The notes below the pieces were generated by a model that saw only the letters and a list, made by a program, of their open reading frames with translations, had not been told where the DNA came from and did no database searches. A program made the position numbers and the translations under genes. This document shows, in pieces, positions 21,823-32,438 of a stretch of DNA of 32,438 nucleotides. The stretch is taken from positions 1 to 32,438 of the forward strand of contig NIVC01004885.1 of assembly GCA_002269645.1 (NCBI GenBank), given 5' to 3'. This DNA is from Macrostomum lignano (lineage: Eukaryota). Numbering within the stretch: position 1 is the first letter of the stretch; each line of letters starts with the position of its first letter.

Positions 21823-22046
21823 GCATCCTGCTGTGCAAACTGATGAACACCATCCGTCCTGGCAGTGTGAAACGCATTCACGAAAACACTAAGATGCCAT
21901 TTAAACTGATGGAGAATATCGACAGCTTCCTGAAAGGCATGACCGCCTTTGGGGTGCCATCGTCGGATCTGTTTCAAACCATCGACCTGTTTGAGAAGAA
22001 GGACATCTGCCAGGTCACCCAGAGTCTCTTCGCTCTGGGTCGTACG
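21823..22046 (+). CDS. Myophilin-like protein, exon 3 (CH domain)
   Basis: cttatctcacag|GC ILLCKLMNTIRPGSVKRIHENTKMPFKLMENIDSFLKGMTAFGVPSSDLFQTIDLFEKKDICQVTQSLFALGRT|gttggt; calponin-homology signature. Confidence 0.95.
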
Positions 22047-22171
22047 GTTGGTACTTTTTTGTAGTTAGTACTTTTGGAACCTCATGAAGATCAGTAGTTT
22101 AGTTTATTACTGTTTACTTTGAAATTTGAGTAGCATCAGTCGGTGTCAGAGGTTCAACTTTTATTCGTTAG

Positions 22172-22478
22172 CGATTTAATTTGATGGGTTGCGATTTAAT
22201 TTGAGGGGGTGCCGCTTAATTTGAGAGGCCACCATTTCATTTGAGACGCCGCCATTTTATATGAGAGGCCGCCATTTCATTTGAGAGGCGCCATTTTATT
22301 TGAGAGGCCGCCATTTCATTTGAGAGGCGCCATTTTATTTGAGAGGCCGCCATTTCATTTGAGAGGCGCCATTTTATTTGAGAGGCCGCCATTTCATTTG
22401 AGAGGCGCCATTTTATTTGAGAGGCCGCCATTTCATTTGAGAGGCGCCATTTTATTTGAGAGGCCGCCATTTCATTTG
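22172..22478 (+). repeat. 39-bp minisatellite (19+20-bp dimer) in myophilin intron 3
   Basis: TGAGAGGCGCCATTTTATT + TGAGAGGCCGCCATTTCATT, perfect on the right and degenerate on the left. It generates the RGAILFERPPFHL-repeat ORF. Confidence 0.93.
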
Positions 22479-22575
22479 AAAGGGGGGGGGGCATTTGCAC
22501 ACCTTTAGATTCAATACCTTTCTCTGTTAACTGTAGCACTGGAGCTGGAAACGCATGCCTACGCCCCATCCGCAG

Positions 22576-22761
22576 TGCCAGGTGCAGCCGGACTACTCCG
22601 GTCCCATCCTGGGCCCCAAGCTGTCCGAAGAGAATCGTCGCACATTCACCGAAGAGCAGCTGAACGCCAACAAGACGGTGATCGGGCTGCAGGCCGGCTA
22701 CAACAAGGGCGCCAGTCAGGCTGGAATGAACTTCGGCAAAACCAGGAAGATTCTCGACTAA
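22576..22761 (+). CDS. Myophilin-like protein, exon 4 (calponin repeat)
   Basis: ccccatccgcag|CQVQPDYSGPILGPK...IGLQAGYNKGASQAGMNFGKTRKILD*. Single calponin/CLIK repeat (GLQ.G.NKGASQAGM). Confidence 0.95.
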   Translation, partial: CQVQPDYSGPILGPKLSEENRRTFTEEQLNANKTVIGLQAGYNKGASQAGMNFGKTRKILD

Positions 22762-22978
22762 GCTGCATGGTGCTCGTCCGACCTGCAGGTCCAAGAAATG
22801 ATTTGAGACGGAAAAATAAGGCTTTAACTCGATGGCAAAATAGTTTGAAACAATTTTAGAGTCAAATTCTATACTCAGTAGGCAATGAAGGGCGCGACAA
22901 TATTACTAAAGTACTCGACGTACTTTTGGTTTAAATATTATATTTTTAGATTTACAATAAGTCTTAGCTTGCTGCGGC

Positions 22979-22984
22979 AATAAA
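22979..22984 (+). terminator. Candidate poly(A) signal of the myophilin gene (alternative at 23119-23124)
   Basis: AATAAA downstream of stop 22761. Confidence 0.45.
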
Positions 22985-23189
22985 TACTCTTAAGGACATA
23001 GTTGCTATCTAATTAAGAGATCAGTAAAAATTTGGAGACTTACGTTTTGTTTTGTTAATCTAAATTCGTTATGCTTTGCTTACCGAAACGCGATAAGAAA
23101 CCAAAATTTTACCGCAAGAATAAACAATTATTAAAATGTATTCTCATATCGCAAGAGCAGTTATGACGGCTATATTTAGCTTCTATTTT

Positions 23190-23195
23190 TTTATT
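23190..23195 (-). terminator. Candidate poly(A) signal of the DEG/ENaC gene
   Basis: TTTATT on + (AATAAA on -), ~85 nt after the stop. Confidence 0.5.
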
Positions 23196-23278
23196 TGTAT
23201 AGAAAAGCAAAAAGGTGCAAGGAATTTCCTGGACCACAATAGTACAGCTCCTCATTATCAAAATAAGCGGGGAAAACT

Positions 23279-24907
23279 TCATACAACAGTCGATCTGGCA
23301 TTTTTGATGGACTTTTCGGCCTTTTTCTGCTCGTGAACTATGAGGTCATAGATCAACTCGATGAACTCGCACAGGGTGAGCAGGGACATGCCCAAGTAGA
23401 TGCCCATGATGCCGCCCACGTCAGAGATGAAGTTCTGCAGTCCGTAGTCGATGGAAAAGGTCACCTCGTCGCTGAGAACCCGGTCCGGCTTAAAGTGCAC
23501 CTTCAGTAGGTTGTTTCTCACGTAGGATATCATAGTCGATTCGTTGCTGTTCAGAAGAAATTCAAGCGCAGGTACGCTTAGGTTCTTCGACTTGGCCCGC
23601 ATCAGGGCCTCTGCGATTGAGGTTCTGACGTACCTGCCGACAGAGGACTGTGAGGGCCAGTCGGAGCTGGAGATGCTCGCGCTGTAGGTCAGAGTGTTGC
23701 ATGGCTGTTTGGACTGGCACCTTCTCTTTGTCTCATTGGCAATCAGGTCTACCCGAGCATTTAAATTCTTGTCCCGATAAAACACGAAGAAATTTGGATC
23801 GCCTGTCAGATTCAAAACAAACTTTTTGTCTCTGAGAGGCCACGGGAGCGGACTGATGACACCTGAGAGGTTCACCAGTTCCTGGAACTGCTTGTGGTAC
23901 TCGTAGTAGAAACAGTACGAATAGCTGTACTTGTGGCTGTACGGTGTCTGGTCGTATGGGTTCAAAAACTGGACGTCGCTTGTGTCACTGCTGCAATCGA
24001 ACTGTCCTTCCTTCTTCACGTGTCTGGTCATGATCATATTCACCGTGTGATGCTTGCCAGGTGCCAGCGAGAACGAGTCGACAAAGTCTGATGGGTACTC
24101 GCCGGGCGAAGTGAGAAATATTCGAAAGCCCAATCGCCTATCCAGCGTGTTAAAGTCCCTAACCGACAGGGACCAATCTGACACAGGAACCGGCGTGTCT
24201 TTTGTAATGACATAGTCCTCGATAGGGTGACCGGTCGAGTTCATTCCGGCGAAGCTCGAGTCGAGCAGCAGTGTCACATCGAGGCCAGAGGACAGACCCG
24301 TCTGCAGAACCTTGCTCTGCAAGTCGGCGCTCAGAATCCACCGGTAGCAGCGCATGTACCTTGGGTGGTAGAAGCTGGTTGCTGGCAGAGTTTTGTACTC
24401 TGGTAGGCCGTTCCCGTTACTATAAGTTACGTCGCTCGAAATGACATCCTGCTCCGGTCTGTGCGCCAGCTTGTCCACAAGCAGTCTATACGGAAGCGAT
24501 TGAAGATTGACGAAGGACGTTTCCATAAACATGCTGATTTGTTCATCTGGACTGTCCGCCACGGTGGCAATCTGCTGCTTCAGTACGTAGTCATTAATGC
24601 GCAGTCGCGAGTTGATCTCGTTTGCCGAGTCGGCATCAATATTAGCCGCATAGCTTGCCGAGATTGGGTTTTCGAAGCAAATGTACACGTCCGGGAACTG
24701 GAAGTGTAAACTGTCGGCCTCAAGCGAGGTTGTCACCTGGCGTTGCTGCAGTTTGATTATGAAATCAATGAAGCCCTTGAAGAAGAGGCCGCTCATAAGC
24801 AGGAAAGCCAGCACCCAGGAAAACCGCACGTGCATCGGTTTACCAGTTACAGTACGAGGAAGACCGTGGGCTGTTGTGGCTTTGAGCGCTGAAATCACTG
24901 GAAGCAT
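23279..24907 (-). CDS. DEG/ENaC/ASIC-family amiloride-sensitive sodium channel subunit, 542 aa, intronless CDS
   Basis: True ATG with an in-frame upstream stop. TTAHG pre-TM1 motif; TM1; FPDVYICFENP (FPAVT.CN.N signature); GFRIFL..PGEYP; PC....Y...S...WPS; TM2 FISDVGGIMGIYLGMSLLTLCE with G-x-S filter. Confidence 0.95.
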   Translation of the reverse strand: MLPVISALKATTAHGLPRTVTGKPMHVRFSWVLAFLLMSGLFFKGFIDFIIKLQQRQVTTSLEADSLHFQFPDVYICFENPISASYAANIDADSANEINSRLRINDYVLKQQIATVADSPDEQISMFMETSFVNLQSLPYRLLVDKLAHRPEQDVISSDVTYSNGNGLPEYKTLPATSFYHPRYMRCYRWILSADLQSKVLQTGLSSGLDVTLLLDSSFAGMNSTGHPIEDYVITKDTPVPVSDWSLSVRDFNTLDRRLGFRIFLTSPGEYPSDFVDSFSLAPGKHHTVNMIMTRHVKKEGQFDCSSDTSDVQFLNPYDQTPYSHKYSYSYCFYYEYHKQFQELVNLSGVISPLPWPLRDKKFVLNLTGDPNFFVFYRDKNLNARVDLIANETKRRCQSKQPCNTLTYSASISSSDWPSQSSVGRYVRTSIAEALMRAKSKNLSVPALEFLLNSNESTMISYVRNNLLKVHFKPDRVLSDEVTFSIDYGLQNFISDVGGIMGIYLGMSLLTLCEFIELIYDLIVHEQKKAEKSIKNARSTVV

Positions 24908-26132
24908 TGCCGATCTCGTTAGTTATGTGACTTGTGTGATGCGAAGCTACGGAGATGGTCTCCTGTGCTAATGAATCTATTTTTTTCTGTTTCCCTGGCA
25001 TGCGGTTACTGTGCTCAGAATAACTCATTGGGCAGACTTTTGTGAGTCATGAGGACTCTCCCTGGTCTAGTAAAAAATCCTTAACCAATAAGGGAAGCCC
25101 CTAATGCTGATTAATCCCCACATCGTTTTTTTCAGTTCGTCTCCCTTGACAATTCCCTCTCCCTTGGATCAACGCCCAACCCCCTATCTATTGTTTTATT
25201 TTTACTCAGATCATTGACCACACGTTGAGCCGGCAGAGACCACAGATACTAATATCTGTTATTATATCAATAGTATCAGTGCTAGCGACCACAACCCGAA
25301 AACCTATTAGTCGTCAGCCAGAGCTCAATTCCTAATCGAAGCAATATGGGCGTATTGCTTTCATAATCCCCACAGCGGCACTAAGTGCATTATGGCTACT
25401 ATAGTCTACCTAACTAATCTAAGTTAGGTAGACTATAGGTAGTTAAGCAGTACATCTGATTTGTTAATATTATACGAGCGTATCCAAGTCAGCTGTACTG
25501 CAATAAATAATTAATTTACAAGCTCTCGATCTTGAGTGCATGCGAGTAAATAAACAACTGGGACTAAATTAATTATTCATATTCTGCAGCAGCGTTCATA
25601 ACGAAAGGACACGAAGTCATTTTTATGGTAAAACAACCATCACATTTTCGGTAAAGTAGAAGAGATTAACGATTCGCAAGTAGAGCTAAGCTCAGAAATT
25701 AAAATCAATAAGCTATATCAATTTTAAGCTTATCAACCTCTCTCCGCTGTAAAACCTTCAAAGTTTCATTTTAAAAACTTTTGGCGCATGCCATTATCAA
25801 TACCAATACTCACACAGGCACTGGCTGAACCAATTACAATTTATGAGTCCAATGACAGCTCTCAGCTTGATTGGAAATATACTAGTAGTTAAGCCATATA
25901 TGCGCGAGTTATGGCTAAATTTTGTTTCTAAATTTAGACAATTTGTCAATACCTCAGTTAATAGCTCAGGTAGCTTGCCAGGCATTTTAGGATAGTTATG
26001 ATAATTTGAAAATATGAAAGAGGATTTCACGCCAGCTCAGGGTGCTGAAGGGTAGAGCCAGAAATTCCGTGATCGCAGAAGTCTAGATATATCTAGCTCG
26101 GCGGTCTGGTTCCCGACGTCTGCTAGCGTGGC

Positions 26133-29100
26133 TGTGAGATTCCATCCCAGAGTGTGAGATCCTATCCCAGAGTGTGAGATTCCATCCCAGAGTGTGAGAT
26201 TCCATTCCAGAGTGTGAGATTCCATCCCAGAGTGTGAGATCCTATCCCAGAGTGTGAGATCCTATCCCAGAGTGTGAGATTCCATCCCAGAGTGTGAGAA
26301 TTCATCTCATAATGTGAGATCTCATCCCAGAGTGTGAGATTCCATCCCAGAGTGTGAGATCCTATCCTTGAGTGTGAGATTCCATCTCATAATGTGGGAT
26401 CCCATCCCAGAGGGTGAGATTCCATTTCAGAGTTTGAGATTCCTTCCGAGAGCGTGAGATTCCATCCCAGAGTGTAAGATTCCATCTCATAATGTGGGAT
26501 TCCATCCCAGAGTGAGAGATTCCATCCCAGAGTGTGAGATTTCATCCCAGAGTGTGATATTCCATTCCAGAGTGTGAGATCCCATCCCAGAGTGTGAGAT
26601 TCCATTTCAGACTGTGAGATTCCATCCCATAATGTGAAGTTCCATCCTAGAGTGTGAGATTCCATCCCGGAGTGTAAGATTCCATCCTAGAGTGTGAGAT
26701 TTCTCCCAGAGTGAAAGATTCCATCCCAGAGTGTGAGATTCCATCCCAGAGTGTGAGATTCCATCCCAGAGTGTAAGATCCCATCCTTGAGTGTGAGATT
26801 CCATTTCAGAGTGTGAGATTCCATCCCAGAGTGTGAGATTCCATCCCAGAGTGTAACATTCCATCCAAGAGTGTGAGATTCCATCCCAGAGTGTGAGATT
26901 CCATCCCAGAGTGTAAGATCCCATCCTTGAGTGTGAGATTCCATTTCAGAGTTTGAGATTCCTTCCGAGAGCGTGAGATTCCATCCCAGAGGGTGAGATT
27001 CCATCCCAGAGTGTAAGATTCCATTTCAGAGTTTGAGATTCCTTCCGAGAGCGTGAGATTCCATCCCAGAGTGTGAGATTCCATTTCAGAGTTTGAGATT
27101 CCTTCCGAGAGCGTGAGATTCCATCCCAGAGTGTGAGATTCCATTTCAGAGTTTGAGATTCCTTCCGAGAGCGTGAGATTCCATCCCAGAGTGTGAGATT
27201 CCATTCCAGAGTTTGAGATTCCTTCCGAGAGCGTGAGATTCCATCCCAGAGTGTAAGATTCAACCTCATAATGTGGGATTCCATCCCAGAGTGAGAGATT
27301 CCATCCCAGAGTGAGAGATTCCATCCCAGAGTGTGAGATTCCATCCCAGAGTGTGAGATTCCATCCCAGAGTGTGAGATTCCATCCCAGAGTGTGAGATC
27401 CTATCCCAGAGTGTGAGATCCTATCCCAGAGTGTGAGATTCCATCCCAGAGTGTGAGAATTCATCTCATAATGTGAGATCTCATCCCAGAGTGTGAGATT
27501 CCATCCCAGAGTGTGAGATCCTATCCTTGAGTGTGAGATTCCATCTCATAATGTGGGATCCCATCCCAGAGGGTGAGATTCCATTTCAGAGTTTGAGATT
27601 CCTTCCGAGAGCGTGAGATTCCATCCCAGAGTGTAAGATTCCATCTCATAATGTGGGATTCCATCCCAGAGTGAGAGATTCCATCCCAGAGTGTGAGATT
27701 TCATCCCAGAGTGTGATATTCCATTCCAGAGTGTGAGATCCCATCCCAGAGTGTGAGATTCCATTTCAGACTGTGAGATTCCATCCCATAATGTGAAGTT
27801 CCATCCTAGAGTGTGAGATTCCATCCCGGAGTGTAAGATTCCATCCTAGAGTGTGAGATTTCTCCCCAGAGTGAAAGATTCCATCCCAGAGTGTGAGATT
27901 CCATCCCAGAGTGTGAGATTCCATCCCAGAGTGTAAGATCCCATCCTTGAGTGTGAGATTCCATTTCAGAGTGTGAGATTCCATCCCAGAGTGTGAGATT
28001 CCATCCCAGAGTGTAACATTCCATCCAAGAGTGTGAGATTCCATCCCAGAGTGTGAGATTCCATCCCAGAGTGTAAGATCCCATCCTTGAGTGTGAGATT
28101 CCATTTCAGAGTTTGAGATTCCTTCCGAGAGCGTGAGATTCCATCCCAGAGGGTGAGATTCCATCCCAGAGTGTAAGATTCCATTTCAGAGTTTGAGATT
28201 CCTTCCGAGAGCGTGAGATTCCATCCCAGAGTGTGAGATTCCATTTCAGAGTTTGAGATTCCTTCCGAGAGCGTGAGATTCCATCCCAGAGTGTGAGATT
28301 CCATTTCAGAGTTTGAGATTCCTTCCGAGAGCGTGAGATTCCATCCCAGAGTGTGAGATTCCATTCCAGAGTTTGAGATTCCTTCCGAGAGCGTGAGATT
28401 CCATCCCAGAGTGTAAGATTCAACCTCATAATGTGGGATTCCATCCCAGAGTGAGAGATTCCATCCCAGAGTGTGATATTCCATCCCAGAGTGTGAGATT
28501 CCATCCCAGAGTGTGAGATTCCATCCCAGAGTGTGAGATTCCATCCCAGAGTGTGAGATCCTATCCCAGAGTGTGAGATCCTATCCCAGAGTGTGAGATT
28601 CCATCCCAGAGTGTGAGAATTCATCTCATAATGTGAGATCTCATCCCAGAGTGTGAGATTCCATCCCAGAGTGTGAGATCCTATCCTTGAGTGTGAGATT
28701 CCATCTCATAATGTGGGATCCCATCCCAGAGGGTGAGATTCCATTTCAGAGTTTGAGATTCCTTCCGAGAGCGTGAGATTCCATCCCAGAGTGTAAGATT
28801 CCATCTCATAATGTGGGATTCCATCCCAGAGTGAGAGATTCCATCCCAGAGTGTGAGATTTCATCCCAGAGTGTGAGATTCCATTCCAGAGTGTGAGATC
28901 CCATCCCAGAGTGTGAGATTCCATTTCAGACTGTGAGATTCCATCCCATAATGTGAAGTACCATCCTAGAGTGTGAGATTCCATCCCGGAGTGTAAGATT
29001 CCATCCTAGAGTGTGAGATTTCTCCCCAGAGTGAAAGATTCCATCCCAGAGTGTGAGATTCCATCCCAGAGTGTGAGATTCCATCCCAGAGTGTAAGATC

Positions 29101-31853
29101 CCATCCTTGAGTGTGAGATTCCATTTCAGAGTGTGAGATTCCATCCCAGAGTGTGAGATTCCATCCCAGAGTGTAACATTCCATCCAAGAGTGTGAGATT
29201 CCATCCCAGAGTGTGAGATTCCATCCCAGAGTGTAAGATCCCATCCTTGAGTGTGAGATTCCATTTCAGAGTTTGAGATTCCTTCGAGAGCGTGAGATTC
29301 CATCCCAGAGGGTGAGATTCCATCCCAGAGTGTAAGATTCCATTTCAGAGTTTGAGATTCCTTCCGAGAGCGTGAGATTCCATCCCAGAGTGTGAGATTC
29401 CATTTCAGAGTTTGAGATTCCTTCCGAGAGCGTGAGATTCCATCCCAGAGTGTGAGATTCCATTTCAGAGTTTGAGATTCCTTCCGAGAGCGTGAGATTC
29501 CATCCCAGAGTGTGAGATTCCATTCCAGAGTTTGAGATTCCTTCCGAGAGCGTGAGATTCCATCCCAGAGTGTAAGATTCAACCTCATAATGTGGGATTC
29601 CATCCCAGAGTGAGAGATTCCATCCCAGAGTGTGATATTCCATCCCAGAGTGTGAGATTCCATCCCAGAGTGTGAGATTCCATCCCAGAGTGTGAGATTC
29701 CATCCCAGAGTGTGAGATTCCATCCCAGAGTGTGATATTCCATCCCAGAGTGTGAGATTCCATCCCAGAGTGTGAGATTCCATCCCAGAGTGTGATATTC
29801 CATCCCTGAGTGTGAGATTCCATCCCAGAGTGTGAGATTCCATCCCAGAGTGTGAGATTCCATCCAGAGTGTGATATTCCATCCCAGAGTGTGAGATTCC
29901 ATCCCAGAGTGTGAGATTCCATTTCAGAGTGTGAGATCCCATCTCAGAGTGTGAGATTCCATCCCAGAGTGTGAGATTCCATTTCAGAGTTTGAGATTCC
30001 TTCCGAGAGCGTGAGATTCCATCCCAGAGTGTAAGATTCAACCTCATAATGTGGGATTCCATCCCAGAGTGAGAGATTCCATCCCAGAGTGTGATATTCC
30101 ATCCCAGAGTGTGAGATTCCATCCCAGAGTGTGAGATTCCATCCCAGAGTGTGAGATTCCATCCCAGAGTGTGAGATTCCATCCCAGAGTGTGATATTCC
30201 ATCCCAGAGTGTGAGATTCCATCCCAGAGTGTGAGATTCCATCCCAGAGTGTGATATTCCATCCCTGAGTGTGAGATTCCATCCCAGAGTGTGAGATTCC
30301 ATCCCAGAGTGTGAGATTCCATTTCAGAGTTTGAGATTCCTTCCGAGAGCGTGAGATTCCATCCCAGAGTGTAAGATTCAACCTCATAATGTGGGATTCC
30401 ATCCCAGAGTGAGAGATTCCATCCCAGAGTGTGAGATTCCATCCCAGAGTGTGATATTCCATCCCAGAGTGTGAGATTCCATCCCAGAGTGTGATATTCC
30501 ATCCCAGAGTGTGAGATTCCATCCCAGAGTGTGAGATTCCATCCCAGAGTGTGAGATTCCATCCCAGAGTGTGAGATTCCATCCCAGAGTGTGATATTCC
30601 ATCCCAGAGTGTGAGATTCCATACCAGAGTGTGAGATTCCATCCCAGAGTGTGATATTCCATCCCTGAGTGTGAGATTCCATCCCAGAGTGTGAGATTCC
30701 ATCCCAGAGTGTGAGATTCCATTTCAGAGTTTGAGATTCCTTCCGAGAGCGTGAGATTCCATCCCAGAGTGTAAGATTCAACCTCATAATGTGGGATTCC
30801 ATCCCAGAGTGAGAGATTCCATCCCAGAGTGTGAGATTCCATCCCAGAGTGTGATATTCCATCCCAGAGTGTGAGATTCCATCTCAGAGTGTGAGATTCC
30901 ATCCCAGAGTGTGAGATTCCATCCCAGAGTGTGAGATTCCATCCCAGAGTGTGAGATTCCATCCCAGAGTGTGAGATTCCATCCCAGAGTGTGAGATTCC
31001 ATCCCAGAGTGTGAGATTCCATTTCAGAGTGTGAGATTCCATCTTAGAGTGTGAGATTCCATCCCAGAGTGTGAGATTCCATCCCAGAGTGTAAGATTCC
31101 ATTTCAGAGTGTGAGATTCCATCCCAGAGTGTAAGATTCCATTTCAGAGTGTGAGATTCCATCCCAGAGTGTAAGATTCCATTTCAGAGTGTGAGATTCC
31201 ATCCCAGAGTGTAAGATTCCATCTCGGAGTGTAAGATTCCATCTCGGAGTGTAAGATTCCATCCCGGAGTGTAAGATTCCATCCCGGAGTGTAAGATTCC
31301 ATCCCGGAGTGTAGGATTCCATCCCGGAGTGTAAGATTCCATCCCGGAGTGTAGGATTCCATCCCGGAGTGTAGGATTCCATCCCGGAGTGTAAGATTCC
31401 ATCCCGGAGTGTAGGATTCCATCCCGGAGTGTAGGATTCCATCCCGGAGTGTAAGATTCCATTCCGGAGTGTAAGATTCCATCCCAGAGTGTAAGATTCC
31501 ATTCCGGAGTGTAGGATTCCATCCCGGAGTGTAGGATTCCATCCGGAGTGTAAGATTCCATTCCGGAGTGTAAGATTCCATTCCGGAGTGTAAGATTCCA
31601 TTCCGGAGTGTAAGATTCCATTCCGGAGTGTAAGATTCCATTCCGGAGTGTAGGATTCCATTCCGGAGTGTAAGATTCCATTCCGGAGTGTAAGATTCCA
31701 TTCCGGAGTGTAGGATTCCATCCCATATTGTGAGATTCCATTCCGGAGTGTAATATTACATCCCATATTGTGAGATTCCATCCCAGAGGGTGAGATCCCA
31801 TCCTAGAGGGTGAGATCCCATCCCAGAGTGTGAGATCCCATCCCAGAGGGTGA
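26133..31853. repeat. 20-bp satellite array (consensus GAGTGTGAGATTCCATCCCA), ~285 monomers, with higher-order structure
   Basis: Continuous tandem monomers; diagnostic variant monomers recur at 1159/1160-bp offsets. Confidence 0.99.
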
Positions 31854-32375
31854 GGTGTTATTTTTGTCGTGTATTTATGCCGCTAATCATATTGCTGTTT
31901 TTATGACTAGAATAAAAATTAATGAAATAAAACAAAGCACAATAATTTTTGTTTATTCGAGCTACAAATGATGCGAAAATATGCAGCCGTTGTTTATTAC
32001 AAAATTCCATCCAAATAAAATCTCGCTTATGTCGCTAATTTACGGTCTTTAATACAACAATTTATCGAACTTAAATTCATTCAATAGAATTTAAAGCAGA
32101 ATAGAATTTTCAGCAGCTTGGAAAATTTTGCAGCTGGAAATAATTAGCATGAAAATTAGCGCTGAAAATTTGGTGGAAAAAACAAAGCATGAGATGAAAA
32201 ACTTTAATTCGGCGAAAAATTGCAAAGGTGAAAAAACGTGGATTACAAATTCGACTTTAATTTTCAGTTTTAAGTCAATAAATGTAGCACTCATTTTGTT
32301 ATATAATTACTGAGCACAGAGAGTTAGTTATAAATATATTAGGATAAAATTTTCTGTTCATCTAGTAAGCGCACA

Positions 32376-32438
32376 GAGTGACACATCATAGAGTGACACA
32401 TCATAGAGTGACACATCACGGAGTGGCACATCACAGGG
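32376..32438 (+). repeat. 15-bp minisatellite (GAGTGACACATCATA), truncated by the window end
   Basis: About four copies visible, diverging rightwards. Confidence 0.85.

Noticed and set aside
22237-22794. ORFs 22237-22794(-) and 22281-22508(+) with peptide repeats
   Set aside because: Artefacts of the intronic 39-bp minisatellite.
23650-24971. Plus-strand ORFs overlapping the channel gene
   Set aside because: Antisense shadows of the DEG/ENaC CDS.
26037-31801. Dozens of long minus-strand ORFs (MESHTLGWNLTLWDGISHSG repeats)
   Set aside because: They are translations of the 20-bp satellite (60-bp/20-aa period) in all three frames. They break at single-base indels and have no unique flanking coding sequence.
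26133-31853. CRISPR-like array
   Set aside because: Monomers are head-to-tail with no unique spacers, there are no cas genes, and the context is eukaryotic.

Overview
Eukaryotic (animal) genomic DNA. A flatworm such as Macrostomum is inferred from a myophilin-type calponin and the repeat-rich, GT-AG intron style. Contents in order: (1) a full-length, young Ty3/Gypsy (Mag-like) LTR retrotransposon, 119-4361, with ~216-bp LTRs, a GAAAC target-site duplication, PBS, PPT and one intact gag-pol frame whose Gag has no AUG; it lies in sense orientation in an intron of (2) a multi-exon DUF4139 (F37C4.5/MuiA-like) gene whose 3' exons run 5444-12354 and whose 5' part is outside the window; (3) a repeat-rich intergenic region with a duplicated AP-1/CRE+MEF2 and TATA module at ~17.6-17.8 kb; (4) a four-exon myophilin/transgelin-like gene (20729-22761) with two intronic minisatellites and a first splice junction that is 1 nt short; (5) a convergent, intronless, cysteine-poor DEG/ENaC channel gene (minus strand, 23279-24907); (6) a 5.7-kb 20-bp satellite (26133-31853) with nested higher-order repeats (20, 60 and ~1160 bp); (7) the start of a 15-bp minisatellite at the window end. 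No rRNA, tRNA or CRISPR array is supported. Exon models and motif calls were read by eye and need RNA-seq or HMM confirmation.
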